Assembly (NCBI GenBank): GCA_031262165.1
Contig: JAISIF010000129.1
Coordinates: 1 to 57,493, forward strand
DNA: 57,493 nt
Direction of reading: 5' to 3'
Source of the DNA: Myxococcales bacterium
Lineage (GTDB): Bacteria; Myxococcota; Myxococcia; Myxococcales; UBA5297
Each line of letters opens with the position of its first letter. Within the stretch, counting starts at the first letter, position 1. The notes below the pieces were generated by a model, which searched no databases, was not told the DNA's origin, and was given only the letters and a program-made list of their open reading frames with translations. Both the position numbers and the translations under genes were made by a program. Shown piece after piece: positions 38,398 to 48,249 of this stretch.

Positions 38398-39906
38398 TCA
38401 GCGGTCTGGTGTGACGACGAGATCGAACCACTCGGCCGTCATGCCCTGGGGCAGTCCCGCGTCGCTCGTGCCGGTCCCCTCACTCTGGAGAAAGGCCTTG
38501 ATCGACTTGAGCTCTGCGGCGTCGATGGGCCGCTCACTCGCGAGGACGGCGAAGCGGTTGCGGCCCACCGCATCCCTCAGGAGCAGGCGCGCAGGGACGC
38601 CCTTGATCGAGAGGTGATGCTTGCCAGGCGAGCGGCGTCCCGGGAGCTCCAGGAGCTCCAGCGAGTCATCTGGCCGGATGCGCGTGATCGCGACGAAGCG
38701 GGAGCGCAGCAGGCGGTAGCTCAGGAGAAGCTGTCGCGAGCTGGGCGTGGACTGGCCCGGGATGCCTTCGATGGGAGCGAGCGCGTCGTCTTCCGAATCG
38801 CCATCGCCATCGCCATCGCTGGCCTCGTCGCCAAGGGCAGGTGGCTCTGCCAGATGGAACGCGAGCTCCAGATCCCGCTGCGCGCTCTCGTCCAGCGTCG
38901 CCTGAAACGAAGGCGTTGCCCGCAGCGCGAAGAGCGTGAGGCCCGCCAGGCCCAACAGGCCAGCGGCGATGAGTGGGATCACGTCGCGTCGATTGCCCAA
39001 GACGGTGGACAGGCCAGGCAGCTCACCATTCAGGCGCGCGCCGATCTTCAGGCGACGCAGGATGCGCTGGAACATCGCGAGATCGCGGTGGCGACCGCGC
39101 TTCGGTCTGCTCTGGGCAAAGAGGATGGCGGCGAGCACCCCATCGAGCGCGTCGGTCGAGGGGCGGTGGCACAGGAGCGCCTCACAATCTGGGCAGCCAG
39201 CGCGCAGGTGTGCAGAGAGGCGATCGGCATGGTCCACGGGCTCACCGCGCAGGATCGCCTCGTAGAGCTCGGTCGTGAGGTGGGGCGTCCAAGGCGCCGT
39301 GGCATCGGCGTTGGCGTTGGCGGCGGCGTCCAAGTCGCCCGGCAAACCAGGCTGGTCAGCGAGCAGGCGCGCGAGGAGAAAGACCTTGAAGCGCACTTCA
39401 GCGATCTGCAGGTGCGCGCCGACCTGTGCGACGTCGAGCGAGAGGCGCGTGGCCAAGGCCTGAGGGCGCTCCTGCCGGTCGAAGCAGCTGGCCTCGGCGA
39501 TCTGCCGCGTCTCTGGTGGGAGCGTGGCGAGCGCCTCCCTGAGGCAGAGCTCCAATTCGAGGCGCGTCCCAGGGCTCTGCAGGCTGGACACATCGAAGTT
39601 CGGCTTCTCGCAGAAGTGCGCCTCGCTGCCGCTGGCGATGGCACAGCGCTGGCGGGCCATGCCGTGCGCGATACCGAGGAGGTAGGCGGCAAAGCGGTTG
39701 GGCTCGCGCAGGCGCGCGAGGTTGGAGAAGGCGTGGAGGAAGCTCTCCTCGACGAGATCGCTCTGTTCGGCGGTCTCCAGCACCCGCGCGCGGGCGAGCA
39801 CCTCTTCGACGGCAGGCACGTAGCGCTCGAACAGGGTTCGGCAGGCGGACGTGTCGCCCGCGAGGGTTCTGGAGATGAGCTGAGCGTCGTCGCGGTGCAT
39901 CGGCAA
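38398..39906 (-). CDS. ECF sigma factor fused to a zinc-binding anti-sigma-like domain, TM helix and C-terminal domain
   Basis: Sigma2: DDAQLI...AGD...LFERY...DLVEESF...LREPNRF; sigma4-like LREALATLP; H...HLRAGCPDC; TM LIAAGLLGLAGLTLFAL. Confidence 0.8.
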   Translation of the reverse strand: MPMHRDDAQLISRTLAGDTSACRTLFERYVPAVEEVLARARVLETAEQSDLVEESFLHAFSNLARLREPNRFAAYLLGIAHGMARQRCAIASGSEAHFCEKPNFDVSSLQSPGTRLELELCLREALATLPPETRQIAEASCFDRQERPQALATRLSLDVAQVGAHLQIAEVRFKVFLLARLLADQPGLPGDLDAAANANADATAPWTPHLTTELYEAILRGEPVDHADRLSAHLRAGCPDCEALLCHRPSTDALDGVLAAILFAQSRPKRGRHRDLAMFQRILRRLKIGARLNGELPGLSTVLGNRRDVIPLIAAGLLGLAGLTLFALRATPSFQATLDESAQRDLELAFHLAEPPALGDEASDGDGDGDSEDDALAPIEGIPGQSTPSSRQLLLSYRLLRSRFVAITRIRPDDSLELLELPGRRSPGKHHLSIKGVPARLLLRDAVGRNRFAVLASERPIDAAELKSIKAFLQSEGTGTSDAGLPQGMTAEWFDLVVTPDR

Positions 39907-39965
39907 GGCGTCCTCGGAGGTCTCGATGTCCGTTCCCGTTCCCGTTTCAGATTTCAGATTTCGCT

Positions 39966-40721
39966 TCAGTTTCGCGAAGGCAGCAGCGGCCGCATGGCAG
40001 GCCTGGGCGTGTCGCCCGACTTCTTCAGAACAGCCTGAGCGCGCTCGGGTTGTCCATGCCGTTCATAAAAGCGAGCCAGGCGGCGGGCATGGAGCGCGCT
40101 CCTCGGGTTCTGGTCGAAGAGGATCTCGAACTCACGTTGGGCACACGCGATCTCGCCCGTGCGCTCACATGTCTCGGCCAGATGCGCACGCGCCACGCCG
40201 TCGCGCGGAGCACGGGCGAGCGCCTTTCGGAGCGCCTCGATGGCCTGCGCGTCGCGACCAGCCAGCGACAGCAAGATGCCCAGCCGCAGCGCCAGGGCGT
40301 CCTCTTCGGGCCTGAGCTCGAGCGCGCGCGAACAGCTCTCGATGGCCTGCGCCAGGGCCTGCGTGCGGTCGAAGTGACGGCACCGCGCCAGGAACACGCG
40401 CGGGTTGCGCGGTTCGAGCCGCGCGGCGGCGTCGAGCGCGCGCTCGCGCTCGGCGATGGGCCCATCCAGCTTTTCGAGGAGCTCTGCCCATTCGAGCTGC
40501 ACCAGACCAAACCTCGGAAAGCGCTGGACGAGGGGCGCCAGAATCTTCCGCGCTGCCTCCAAGTCTCCGGCCTCGACATGGGCGCGCGCCCGCTTGAGCT
40601 GCTCCGTCGCGTTGGCGGAGACCGCGGCCACGCAGAGCGTCTGGAGCGATTCCGCACCAGGGCTGGCCGAAGGAAACGACGCCATCACGAAGAGCGGGAG
40701 GAGCGCGAGGACGAGGGACAT
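39966..40721 (-). CDS. Secreted TPR protein
   Basis: Signal peptide; repeated A...AL.L.P TPR patterns. Confidence 0.85.
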   Translation of the reverse strand: MSLVLALLPLFVMASFPSASPGAESLQTLCVAAVSANATEQLKRARAHVEAGDLEAARKILAPLVQRFPRFGLVQLEWAELLEKLDGPIAERERALDAAARLEPRNPRVFLARCRHFDRTQALAQAIESCSRALELRPEEDALALRLGILLSLAGRDAQAIEALRKALARAPRDGVARAHLAETCERTGEIACAQREFEILFDQNPRSALHARRLARFYERHGQPERAQAVLKKSGDTPRPAMRPLLPSRN

Positions 40722-40949
40722 GGGCGCGGCGGCTTAGCAAAAGCTTTCTGGAATGCGGAGGGTATTTTTCGAATTCGGATCTACCAATTCAATTTCGAGC
40801 TTCGATTCTCCATTTCAAATGAAACGTGTAATAATTATCTAATACAAAAAAAGGACGCGATTCATCGCGCCCTCTTCTCGTTTACTCCATTCTTTCACTC
40901 CATTTTGTTTTTATTTCGATATTCGAAATCGAATTGGCCCGTTTGCGAT

Positions 40950-42881
40950 TCAATTCCGTTTGGCGCCGCTCTTGACCTTGAGTCCGACGGCCTTGGCCCA
41001 GCGGGCGAGCGCCGTCAGGGGGAAGGTCAAGGGGTAAGACGGGTAGTTCATATAGATGATGCAGGGGTGACCCGTGCCCACCGTGGAGCGATCGCTCCAG
41101 CGGCCATCGCGCTGGAGCTCGTCCACCAGGAAGCGGGCGGCGGACGTGGCCGCGGCGCCTTTGGCCCGGCCACCGGCGATGAGCGCGAGCAGAGTCCAGG
41201 CGGTCTGCGAGGGCGTGCTCACGCCGCGACCTGCCCACGCCTCGTCCTCGTAGGCGCGCACGCTCTCACCAAAGCCTCCGTCCGGGTTCTGACGGCTCTC
41301 CAGCCAGTCGAGCGCGCGGCACAGGTAGGGCTCGTGCGGGCTCTCCCCTGCCTTGACGAGGCCCACCACGGCCGCGCCCGTGCCGTTGAGGTAGTTGATG
41401 CCCCAGCGTGACCACCAGGCGCCGCTCGGCGACTGGGTGGCCTTGAGGTAGGCGATGGCCCGGCGCGCGGCAGGGCTCGATGTGCGCGTGTGGCCATGGT
41501 CGGCGATCGCCTCCAGGATGTGGCCGGTCAGGTCTGGCGAGCTCTCGTCGAACAGGTCGGCCGAGTCGGCCAGAGCGCCAGCGGCGCGGTTCAAGAACCA
41601 GTTGCCCACGTTGTCCTTGGCAAACGCGCCAAACCCGCCGTCCGCGCTCTGCAGGGAGAGCAGCCACTTCAGGGCGCGCTCGATGGCGCGATCCACCACG
41701 GGCTCACCGGCGAACGGCTTGAGGAACATCAGGATCTCGGCCGTGTCGTCCGTGTCGGGCGCGTACCAGAAGTCGTGGCCATAGCCGAACCCACCGAGCG
41801 CGCTCTGGTTCTCGACCAGGTAGTGGGCCGTTGGTCGCAGCGCCTCCAGGTCGATGTCGCTCGTCAGGAGCGCGATGCCGACGAGCGCCGTGTCCCAATA
41901 ATGGCCGTCCATCAGGCCGCCCAGGTAGGCGGCGCTCTCGCTCTCGAAGAAGAGGTGCTCGACGAAATCGAACGCGCGCTCGAGGGCGATCGAGAGCTTC
42001 TGGTCCGGGTCGCCACGGTTGCGCGCGAAGTCGTCGAACACGATGGTCGAGAGCATGGTCGAGAGCGTGTAGCCGCCGAAGCTCCCCTTGGGTTGCTGGC
42101 GGTCGAGCATGAACCGGATGAGCTTCTGGTCCGCCTCGTCCGGCAGGAGCCGGTCGCGCGCATCGATCTGACGGCGGATACGCGCCTCTTGCGCGCGGTC
42201 GCACCACAGCTCGGGCAGCAGGAATTCTGGACCGATGAAGCGTCGGAAGCGCTTCTCGCGCAGATAGGCGATGGCCACCATGTGCGGCCCGATCCACTGC
42301 GCAAAGTCGTCGTGGTTGAACGGGAAGGCCTTGTTGAACACGAAGTAGGGAATCCGGGGCATGAACTCCCAGTCGTAGTTCCCGAAGCAGGCGGCCACGA
42401 TCTTGTTGAACGCCGACAGCTTGGCCATCCCGCCCTTCGAGAGGATGAAGCCGCGCGCGCGGACGAGCGGCGCCGAATCGGCAGGCGTGCCCGAGGCCTT
42501 CAGGAAAAAGTAGTTGAGGAAGGTCGCGTTGAGGTCGCCCTCGGGGATGTTCGCGTCCTGGATCGCGTACCAGGAGCCGTCCGGCAGCTGATTCTCGAGG
42601 AGCAACCCTCGCAGGCGCTCGACGTCGAGCTTGGTGTGCTCGCGGTCGAGCAAGCGCAGGAAAAGGTAGAACTGGGAGGTGTAGTGCATCCCCAGGTAGG
42701 GCGGCATGTCCCAGTAGAGATCTCCGATGCGTTGCTCGAAGAGGTTCATCTGGGCGCGCTCGACAGCCTCGAGGATCTCCTTCTGGCAGGGCGCGGGCAG
42801 CGGGTTGTGCTCATTCCGCTTGGGGGGCGGCAGGGAGCTGAAGAGCGCGGCAAAGGGCTCCAGATACGTCTTGAGGTTCAT
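40950..42881 (-). CDS. shc: Squalene-hopene cyclase family terpene cyclase
   Basis: QLPDGSW, QSADGGF, QSPSGAW and QNPDGGFGE QW repeats; WDTAL; PDTDDTA (DxDD); RWGINY; STPSQTAW. Confidence 0.88.
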   Translation of the reverse strand: MNLKTYLEPFAALFSSLPPPKRNEHNPLPAPCQKEILEAVERAQMNLFEQRIGDLYWDMPPYLGMHYTSQFYLFLRLLDREHTKLDVERLRGLLLENQLPDGSWYAIQDANIPEGDLNATFLNYFFLKASGTPADSAPLVRARGFILSKGGMAKLSAFNKIVAACFGNYDWEFMPRIPYFVFNKAFPFNHDDFAQWIGPHMVAIAYLREKRFRRFIGPEFLLPELWCDRAQEARIRRQIDARDRLLPDEADQKLIRFMLDRQQPKGSFGGYTLSTMLSTIVFDDFARNRGDPDQKLSIALERAFDFVEHLFFESESAAYLGGLMDGHYWDTALVGIALLTSDIDLEALRPTAHYLVENQSALGGFGYGHDFWYAPDTDDTAEILMFLKPFAGEPVVDRAIERALKWLLSLQSADGGFGAFAKDNVGNWFLNRAAGALADSADLFDESSPDLTGHILEAIADHGHTRTSSPAARRAIAYLKATQSPSGAWWSRWGINYLNGTGAAVVGLVKAGESPHEPYLCRALDWLESRQNPDGGFGESVRAYEDEAWAGRGVSTPSQTAWTLLALIAGGRAKGAAATSAARFLVDELQRDGRWSDRSTVGTGHPCIIYMNYPSYPLTFPLTALARWAKAVGLKVKSGAKRN

Positions 42882-42974
42882 CGGCAAAGTCACCTGTCTG
42901 TTCCTCCTCCGGCCAGGAGGGCGCGCCTTCTGAGTGAAGGCACTTGGCGTGACAAGATGGAAATGCCCAGCGTC

Positions 42975-43275
42975 CAGGGCAATCGAGTCCTCAAATCACT
43001 TGACACACCCACTCCCTCCAGGCCTCCGGGCCACCTCCTTGGGTGAGAGAGGCTTTCGATGGGGGCCCCTTCACCGAGGGGGATGTCGGCGTCGCCGACA
43101 GGGGGCGGCGCGATCCGAATCGATGTCGAAATCGATGTCGAATCGGAGGTGTAGGGGCGTTGTGTGCAGCGCCCTGCGAATGACGGACGAGGCAAACGCG
43201 CGATGGCGACGCGAGCGTCGCGCCTCCGACAAAACACCTCGATCGTCGGTCATTCGCCAGAGCCCGATTTCCCTG
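42975..43275. repeat. Family B composite element
   Basis: Imperfect TIRs CAGGGCAATCGAGTCCT...AGAGCCCGATTTCCCTG; contains a family C module (43001-43104, inverse of ~34593-34697) and a GTAGGGGCGTTG REP. Confidence 0.75.
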
Positions 43276-43313
43276 AGGCGGCTCGCGCCACTTTCTTCTT
43301 TGATTGCCCTGCC

Positions 43314-45575
43314 ATGCCCTCACTCCTGAAACGCCCTTCGGTGCTCGCCGTCACCGCACTCATCGCCCTCGTCGGCGGCGCGCTCACGTGGTTGCCGCTG
43401 TTCGATCTGCCCGGCTACGAGCTGTCGAGCGCGCTCACGCTGATGCTCGCGCTGGCCGCGCCCTACTTCGGCATCCGCGCCGCCGAGTGCCTCATCACCG
43501 AACGCCCAACCTTGCGCGAGCTGCTCAAAGCCGCGCGCGCCGCGCTCTTCCCCGCCGTGATCGCCGCGCTCCTCCCGCTCGCGTTTGCCTGGATCACGAG
43601 CGCGCTGAGTGAGCGATGCAGCCCCTCGTCTGGGAGCGCGCTCGCCCTCCTCCTTCCTCTGCCGACGGCGGTGTTGGGCGTGTGCCTCGGCATCTGCCTG
43701 AAGCGCTGCCTGAGAAAGACGAGCCGCGCGCTCTTCGCCGTGCTTCTCGTCCTGCTCGCGTCGCTCGCCATCTCACTCTGGCCGCTATGGGCCGGGCCGC
43801 AGCTCTTTGCCCTCAACCACCTGCTCGGCGCCTTTCTCGGGCCAATCTACGACGAGGCCTTGGCCGTGGACGCGCGCCTCCTCACGTTCCGCGCGCTAAC
43901 GCTGCTCTGGGCGCTGGCGCTGCTGCTGTTCACGGCCCTCGTCAGCGCATCGAGCTCGATCTCGAGGTCATGGCTTGCCTGCGCGTTCGGCGCCTGCCTC
44001 CTCGCGCTCGGATTGTGCTGGCACTTCGACACGGCGCTCGGGCTTCGGACGACCGAGGCCGACATCGACGCGACGCTCGGCGGCAAGCTCAGCGTCTCCC
44101 CGCAACTCACGCTCCACTTCCCGCGCGAGAAGCCAAAGGAGCAGGTCCGTCGCCTCGCGTTCGAGATGGCGTTTGCCTGGTCCGAGCTCAGCGAGCTCTT
44201 TGGCGCCACGCCCCAGGGCGAGGTGCACGCCTTTTTCCATCGAAGCCCCGAGGAGAAGCGCCGCCTGACCGGCGCCTCGCGCACCGACTTTGCCAAGCCC
44301 TGGCGCGCGCAATTTCACGTGCTCGACAAACCCTGGCCCCACCCAACGGCACGCCACGAGCTGGCCCACCTCTTTGGCGCGGCGTTTGGCTCGCCGATCT
44401 TTGGCGTGTCGTGGCGCGGCATCCTTGGCCTCAACGTCGGGCTGATCGAAGGTCTCGCCGTGGCGGCCGAGGCAGAGGGCGACGAGGACTTCGCTCTCCA
44501 CGCGCAGGCACGCGCCATGCGCGAGCTCGGGCTCCTCCCAGATCTGAGCGCGCTGCTCGATCCAGCGGGCTTCTACGCGCAGCCCGGCGCCCGCGCTTAC
44601 ACGGCCAGCGGCAGCTTCCTGCGCTTCGTCCACGAGCGGCACGGCGGCGCTGCCGCGTTGCGCGCGCTCTACCCCGAGGGCGACTTCGTGACGGCCACGG
44701 GCCAGGCGCTCCCGACGCTCATCGCGCAGTGGCTCGAAGCACTCGACACGATCGAGCTCACGCCGCGCGCTCGATCAGCGGCGCAGCAGCGCTTTGGCAG
44801 GGGGAGCCTGTTCCAGCGGCCTTGCGTGCGCGAGATCGCAGCCCTCGAGAGGCAGGCCGCACCACTCGTCAACGCCGATCCAGCGCAGGCCCTGGCGCTC
44901 TACGATCGATGCGCGGCGCTCGTGCCCGACGATCCAGGCTTCGCGTGGATGCGTGCCGAGCTCAAACGGTCGCAGGAGGACTTCGACGGCGCGGCGACGC
45001 TCTATGAAGATCTGAGCAGCAGCTCGAACGCGGCTCCGCACGTCCAGGGGCGGGCGTTGCTCGCGCTGGCCATGCTCGACTGGCGCGCTGGACGGCTCGA
45101 CGCTGCCCGTGATCGCCTGGAGCGCGCGCTGGCGCTGCCGCTCCTGCCTGGCGACGAGCGCAGCGCCCTGATCAAATTCGTGGCCATCGTCGGCGACGAG
45201 GCGTCGCGAGAGCTCCTTCGGCGCTACTTCGACAGTGGCGCTGGCCTCGCCGAGCTGCTCGCGCTCCAGCGGCTCTCGGAGGCGCGTCCAGATTGGCCCA
45301 TCGCCCCCTACCTCCTCGGCCGCCAGCTCTGGATACGCGGACAGGGTGCCGAGGCGCTGCCGTATCTGCGGCGCGCGCACGAGGCAGCGCTCGGCCATCC
45401 CGTGCTCGTCGAGGAGAACCTGCGCGTCTGGGTCGATGCCGCGTTCTGGTCAGGCGACCTCGCCGAGGCGCGCGCTGCCCTGGCGGAATGGGAGGCGCTC
45501 GGCGCCAGCGTGGACCAGCGCGCCCGTGAGCTCTGGCAGCGACGCTGCGCGTTTCGTGAGCGTCACGGCGACTGA
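43314..45575 (+). CDS. Multi-pass membrane protein with a gluzincin-like motif and TPRs
   Basis: N-terminal TM helices; RHELAH...IEGLA; TPR-like C-terminus. Confidence 0.75.
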   Translation: MPSLLKRPSVLAVTALIALVGGALTWLPLFDLPGYELSSALTLMLALAAPYFGIRAAECLITERPTLRELLKAARAALFPAVIAALLPLAFAWITSALSERCSPSSGSALALLLPLPTAVLGVCLGICLKRCLRKTSRALFAVLLVLLASLAISLWPLWAGPQLFALNHLLGAFLGPIYDEALAVDARLLTFRALTLLWALALLLFTALVSASSSISRSWLACAFGACLLALGLCWHFDTALGLRTTEADIDATLGGKLSVSPQLTLHFPREKPKEQVRRLAFEMAFAWSELSELFGATPQGEVHAFFHRSPEEKRRLTGASRTDFAKPWRAQFHVLDKPWPHPTARHELAHLFGAAFGSPIFGVSWRGILGLNVGLIEGLAVAAEAEGDEDFALHAQARAMRELGLLPDLSALLDPAGFYAQPGARAYTASGSFLRFVHERHGGAAALRALYPEGDFVTATGQALPTLIAQWLEALDTIELTPRARSAAQQRFGRGSLFQRPCVREIAALERQAAPLVNADPAQALALYDRCAALVPDDPGFAWMRAELKRSQEDFDGAATLYEDLSSSSNAAPHVQGRALLALAMLDWRAGRLDAARDRLERALALPLLPGDERSALIKFVAIVGDEASRELLRRYFDSGAGLAELLALQRLSEARPDWPIAPYLLGRQLWIRGQGAEALPYLRRAHEAALGHPVLVEENLRVWVDAAFWSGDLAEARAALAEWEALGASVDQRARELWQRRCAFRERHGD

Positions 45576-45589
45576 GATCGGCCAGCCAC

Positions 45590-46400
45590 TCAGGGCAGCC
45601 GATCGATCTCGATCTGCTGCGGCGTCCCGAGCCCCAACACGCGGACAGGCGTGGGCCGATCTTCCCTGATCCCGTCGCCGAGCTGACCTGCCTCGTTGCC
45701 GCCCCAGCAGATCACCGCGCACGTGTGAGCGCTGCCAGCGATCAGGCCAGTGACGATGCCGTCGAGCCCAATGACCGGCATCGGGAGGCTGGGCCCCGTC
45801 GTCGTCTCATCAGCGGGTTGGCCGTTGGAATGGCTGCCCCAGAACGTCACCGATCCGTCCTCGTTCAGCGCGCAGGCGTGTCGAGCGCCTGCCGCGATCG
45901 CCGTCACGTCGCTTTGCAATCCGATGACGTCCACGGGCTCGACGCTCTCGGGCACGCTGCCGTTGCCGAGCTGACCTTCGAGGTTCTGGCACCAGCACGT
46001 CACACCGCCCTCGGCCGTCAACACGCACGCCAAGGACTTAGGACCTATCCCTCGATTATCCCGCCGCCAAAGCTCGTCCGTGAAACGCCTGCCTTCGTTG
46101 TTTCGCTCTTCACTTCCGTCTGGATGCTTTCGGACTCTCCGAGGGGCGCTTCTGGCATTCCCCGTCCTTCGCGGTGCAAAGGTCCTAATGAAGGGATAAT
46201 TCCTAAGCCCCTGACGCTTCATACGATTCCTCGGTGGCATGGCAGGCGTCCGACGCTTCGCCGTCTGGTTCGTCTGGCTGCGAAGCGGTGTTGTCGGGCG
46301 CGCCCTCCTTCTCCGTCTCTTTGATCTGACACACCGCAGCCCACCGACATCGTGAGGGCGAGCGCAATCACTGGCACGAGCCACAACGCCTTGTTCCAAA
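45590..46400 (-). pseudogene. RCC1-repeat lipoprotein gene disrupted by a MITE
   Basis: ACVLTAEGGVTCW...GQLGNG, IAAGARHACAL and CWGGNEAGQLGDG repeats; lipobox-like SVGC segment on the far side of the MITE in another frame. Confidence 0.8.
46041..46203 (+). repeat. MITE family A, copy 5
   Basis: TTA|GGACCTATCCCTCGAT...GAAGGGATAATTCC|TAA; same core as the other copies. Confidence 0.9.
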
Positions 46401-46667
46401 TCGAGCCGATCGAGATCGAACGCACGGCGGACCGCTCCCTCGCCTTCGTCGTGTTTGGCCGTGCTTCATCGAATGATGGCTTGATGGGTGTGGCATGAGG
46501 CGGACGCGACATTGCCCGCCCGACAGCCCTTCTATCGGCCCATCTGGACAAGGCCCGCTCGCTGGTCTTTATGCCGCCCCCGTTTCCTCGGGCCTTTGCG
46601 GCGCGCGTCCGGCGCGACCGCCGAGGCTCTTTCATTTCACTTCACCGCAGCCAGCAAGGAGACAGAC

Positions 46668-48200
46668 GTGAAAGAAAAACTTGTGGTGCGCAAAGGCGCT
46701 TACCACGACTCGGCGTTCCTGATGCGGGTCACCCGTCAGCTCAAAGGCATCTCCAACATCTTCGATGCCGTCGTGGTCATGGGCACGCCCATGAACCTGG
46801 AGCTGCTGGCCGCCTCCAACTTCATGGGTGAGGCGCTCGAGAGCGTCACCCCAATGGACATGGTCGTCGCGCTGCGGGGCGCGAGCGCCGACGCGATCGC
46901 CGTGGCGGAGCAGGAGCTCGAAAAACTCCTCCAGGGAGGCGAGCAGCAGACCGGTGATGAGTCCGCGGGTCTTCCCATCGACCTCACCACCGCGCTCACT
47001 CAGAACCCCGACGCGCAGCTCGTCAGCGTGTCTGTCCCAGGCACCTACGCGGCCTACGTGGCCAGCCGCGCGCTCGATGCCGACCGCCACGTGTTCCTCT
47101 TCTCGGACAACGTCTCGGTCGAGGACGAGCTCGCGCTCAAGACGCGCGCGCTGGAGAAGGGCCTGTTCGTCATGGGCCCGGACTGCGGCACGGCCATCAT
47201 CGCGGGCGTTGGCCTCGGGTTCGCCAACCGCGTGCGCCAAGGCCGCATCGGCGTGGTCGGCGCCTCCGGCACCGGGATGCAGGAGCTCACGAGCCTCATC
47301 TGCGAGCAAGAGGGGGAGGGGATCTCGCAGGCCATCGGCACGGGCGGCCGCGATCTCTCCAAAGCCATTGGCGCGCGCATGACCGATCTGGGCCTCCGCG
47401 TGCTGGCAGCCGATCCCGGGACCGACGTCATCTGCGTCGTGGCCAAGCACCCGGCCGACGAGGTCGCGGACCGCGTCCACACCATCCTCGAAGGCCTCGG
47501 CAAGCCGGTCGTGGTCCGCTACATGGGCAACGCGGTGCGACCGAGCACGTCCAACGTCTTCTATGCCTCGACCATCGATGAGGCTGCCCAGGCCGCTGCC
47601 CGCCTCGCGCGCGGCGAGCCGCTCACGTTCTCGAAGCAGTGCTCGGGCTGCGGCGACGCCTGCTTCAAAGCCGACAAGATCAAGGAGGGGCGCGTCATCC
47701 CCAAGCGACTCATCGGGCTCTACAGCGGCGGTTCGCTTGCTTACGAGGCCGCCCTGTTCCTCCAGCAAAAGGGCATCGCCGTCCACGAGCCCAAGGTTGC
47801 GATGAAGTCGAGCGGTCCCATCGAGTTCGACGGCAACCTCGTCATCGACACGGGCGAGGACTTCTACACGGTCGGCAAGCCCCACCCGATGGTCGATCAA
47901 ACGGTCCGCTGCGAGCTCATCGAGAAGGTCGGCGCGGACAAATCCGTGGGCGTGCTGCTCCTCGACGTCGTGCTCGGTGATGGATCGCACGCCGACCCAG
48001 CGCCCGAACTCGTGGCAGCCGTGAACGCGGCCAAGGCAGCGCGCGGCTCGGACGACCTGCTCGTGCTCGCCTCCATCACCGGCACCGAGCTCGATCCGCA
48101 GGATCTCTCCCGCCAGAAGGCCATCCTGAAGGCTGCGGGCATCCTCGTGGCGCCGACCGCCTCCAAGGCCGCGCGAATCGCGAGTGAACTCCTCGCCTGA
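46668..48200 (+). CDS. fdrA: FdrA-family protein (acyl-CoA synthetase-like)
   Basis: YHDSAFLM, MGTPMN, SVPGTYA, FSDNVS, MGPDCGT, GASGTG, GTGGRDL and PHPMVD motifs; GTG start with AAGGAG RBS. Confidence 0.92.
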   Translation: MKEKLVVRKGAYHDSAFLMRVTRQLKGISNIFDAVVVMGTPMNLELLAASNFMGEALESVTPMDMVVALRGASADAIAVAEQELEKLLQGGEQQTGDESAGLPIDLTTALTQNPDAQLVSVSVPGTYAAYVASRALDADRHVFLFSDNVSVEDELALKTRALEKGLFVMGPDCGTAIIAGVGLGFANRVRQGRIGVVGASGTGMQELTSLICEQEGEGISQAIGTGGRDLSKAIGARMTDLGLRVLAADPGTDVICVVAKHPADEVADRVHTILEGLGKPVVVRYMGNAVRPSTSNVFYASTIDEAAQAAARLARGEPLTFSKQCSGCGDACFKADKIKEGRVIPKRLIGLYSGGSLAYEAALFLQQKGIAVHEPKVAMKSSGPIEFDGNLVIDTGEDFYTVGKPHPMVDQTVRCELIEKVGADKSVGVLLLDVVLGDGSHADPAPELVAAVNAAKAARGSDDLLVLASITGTELDPQDLSRQKAILKAAGILVAPTASKAARIASELLA

Positions 48201-48249
48201 GCTGTCTGTCCAACTTTCAAAAACATCGAACCGAAAGGATCGAACACCA

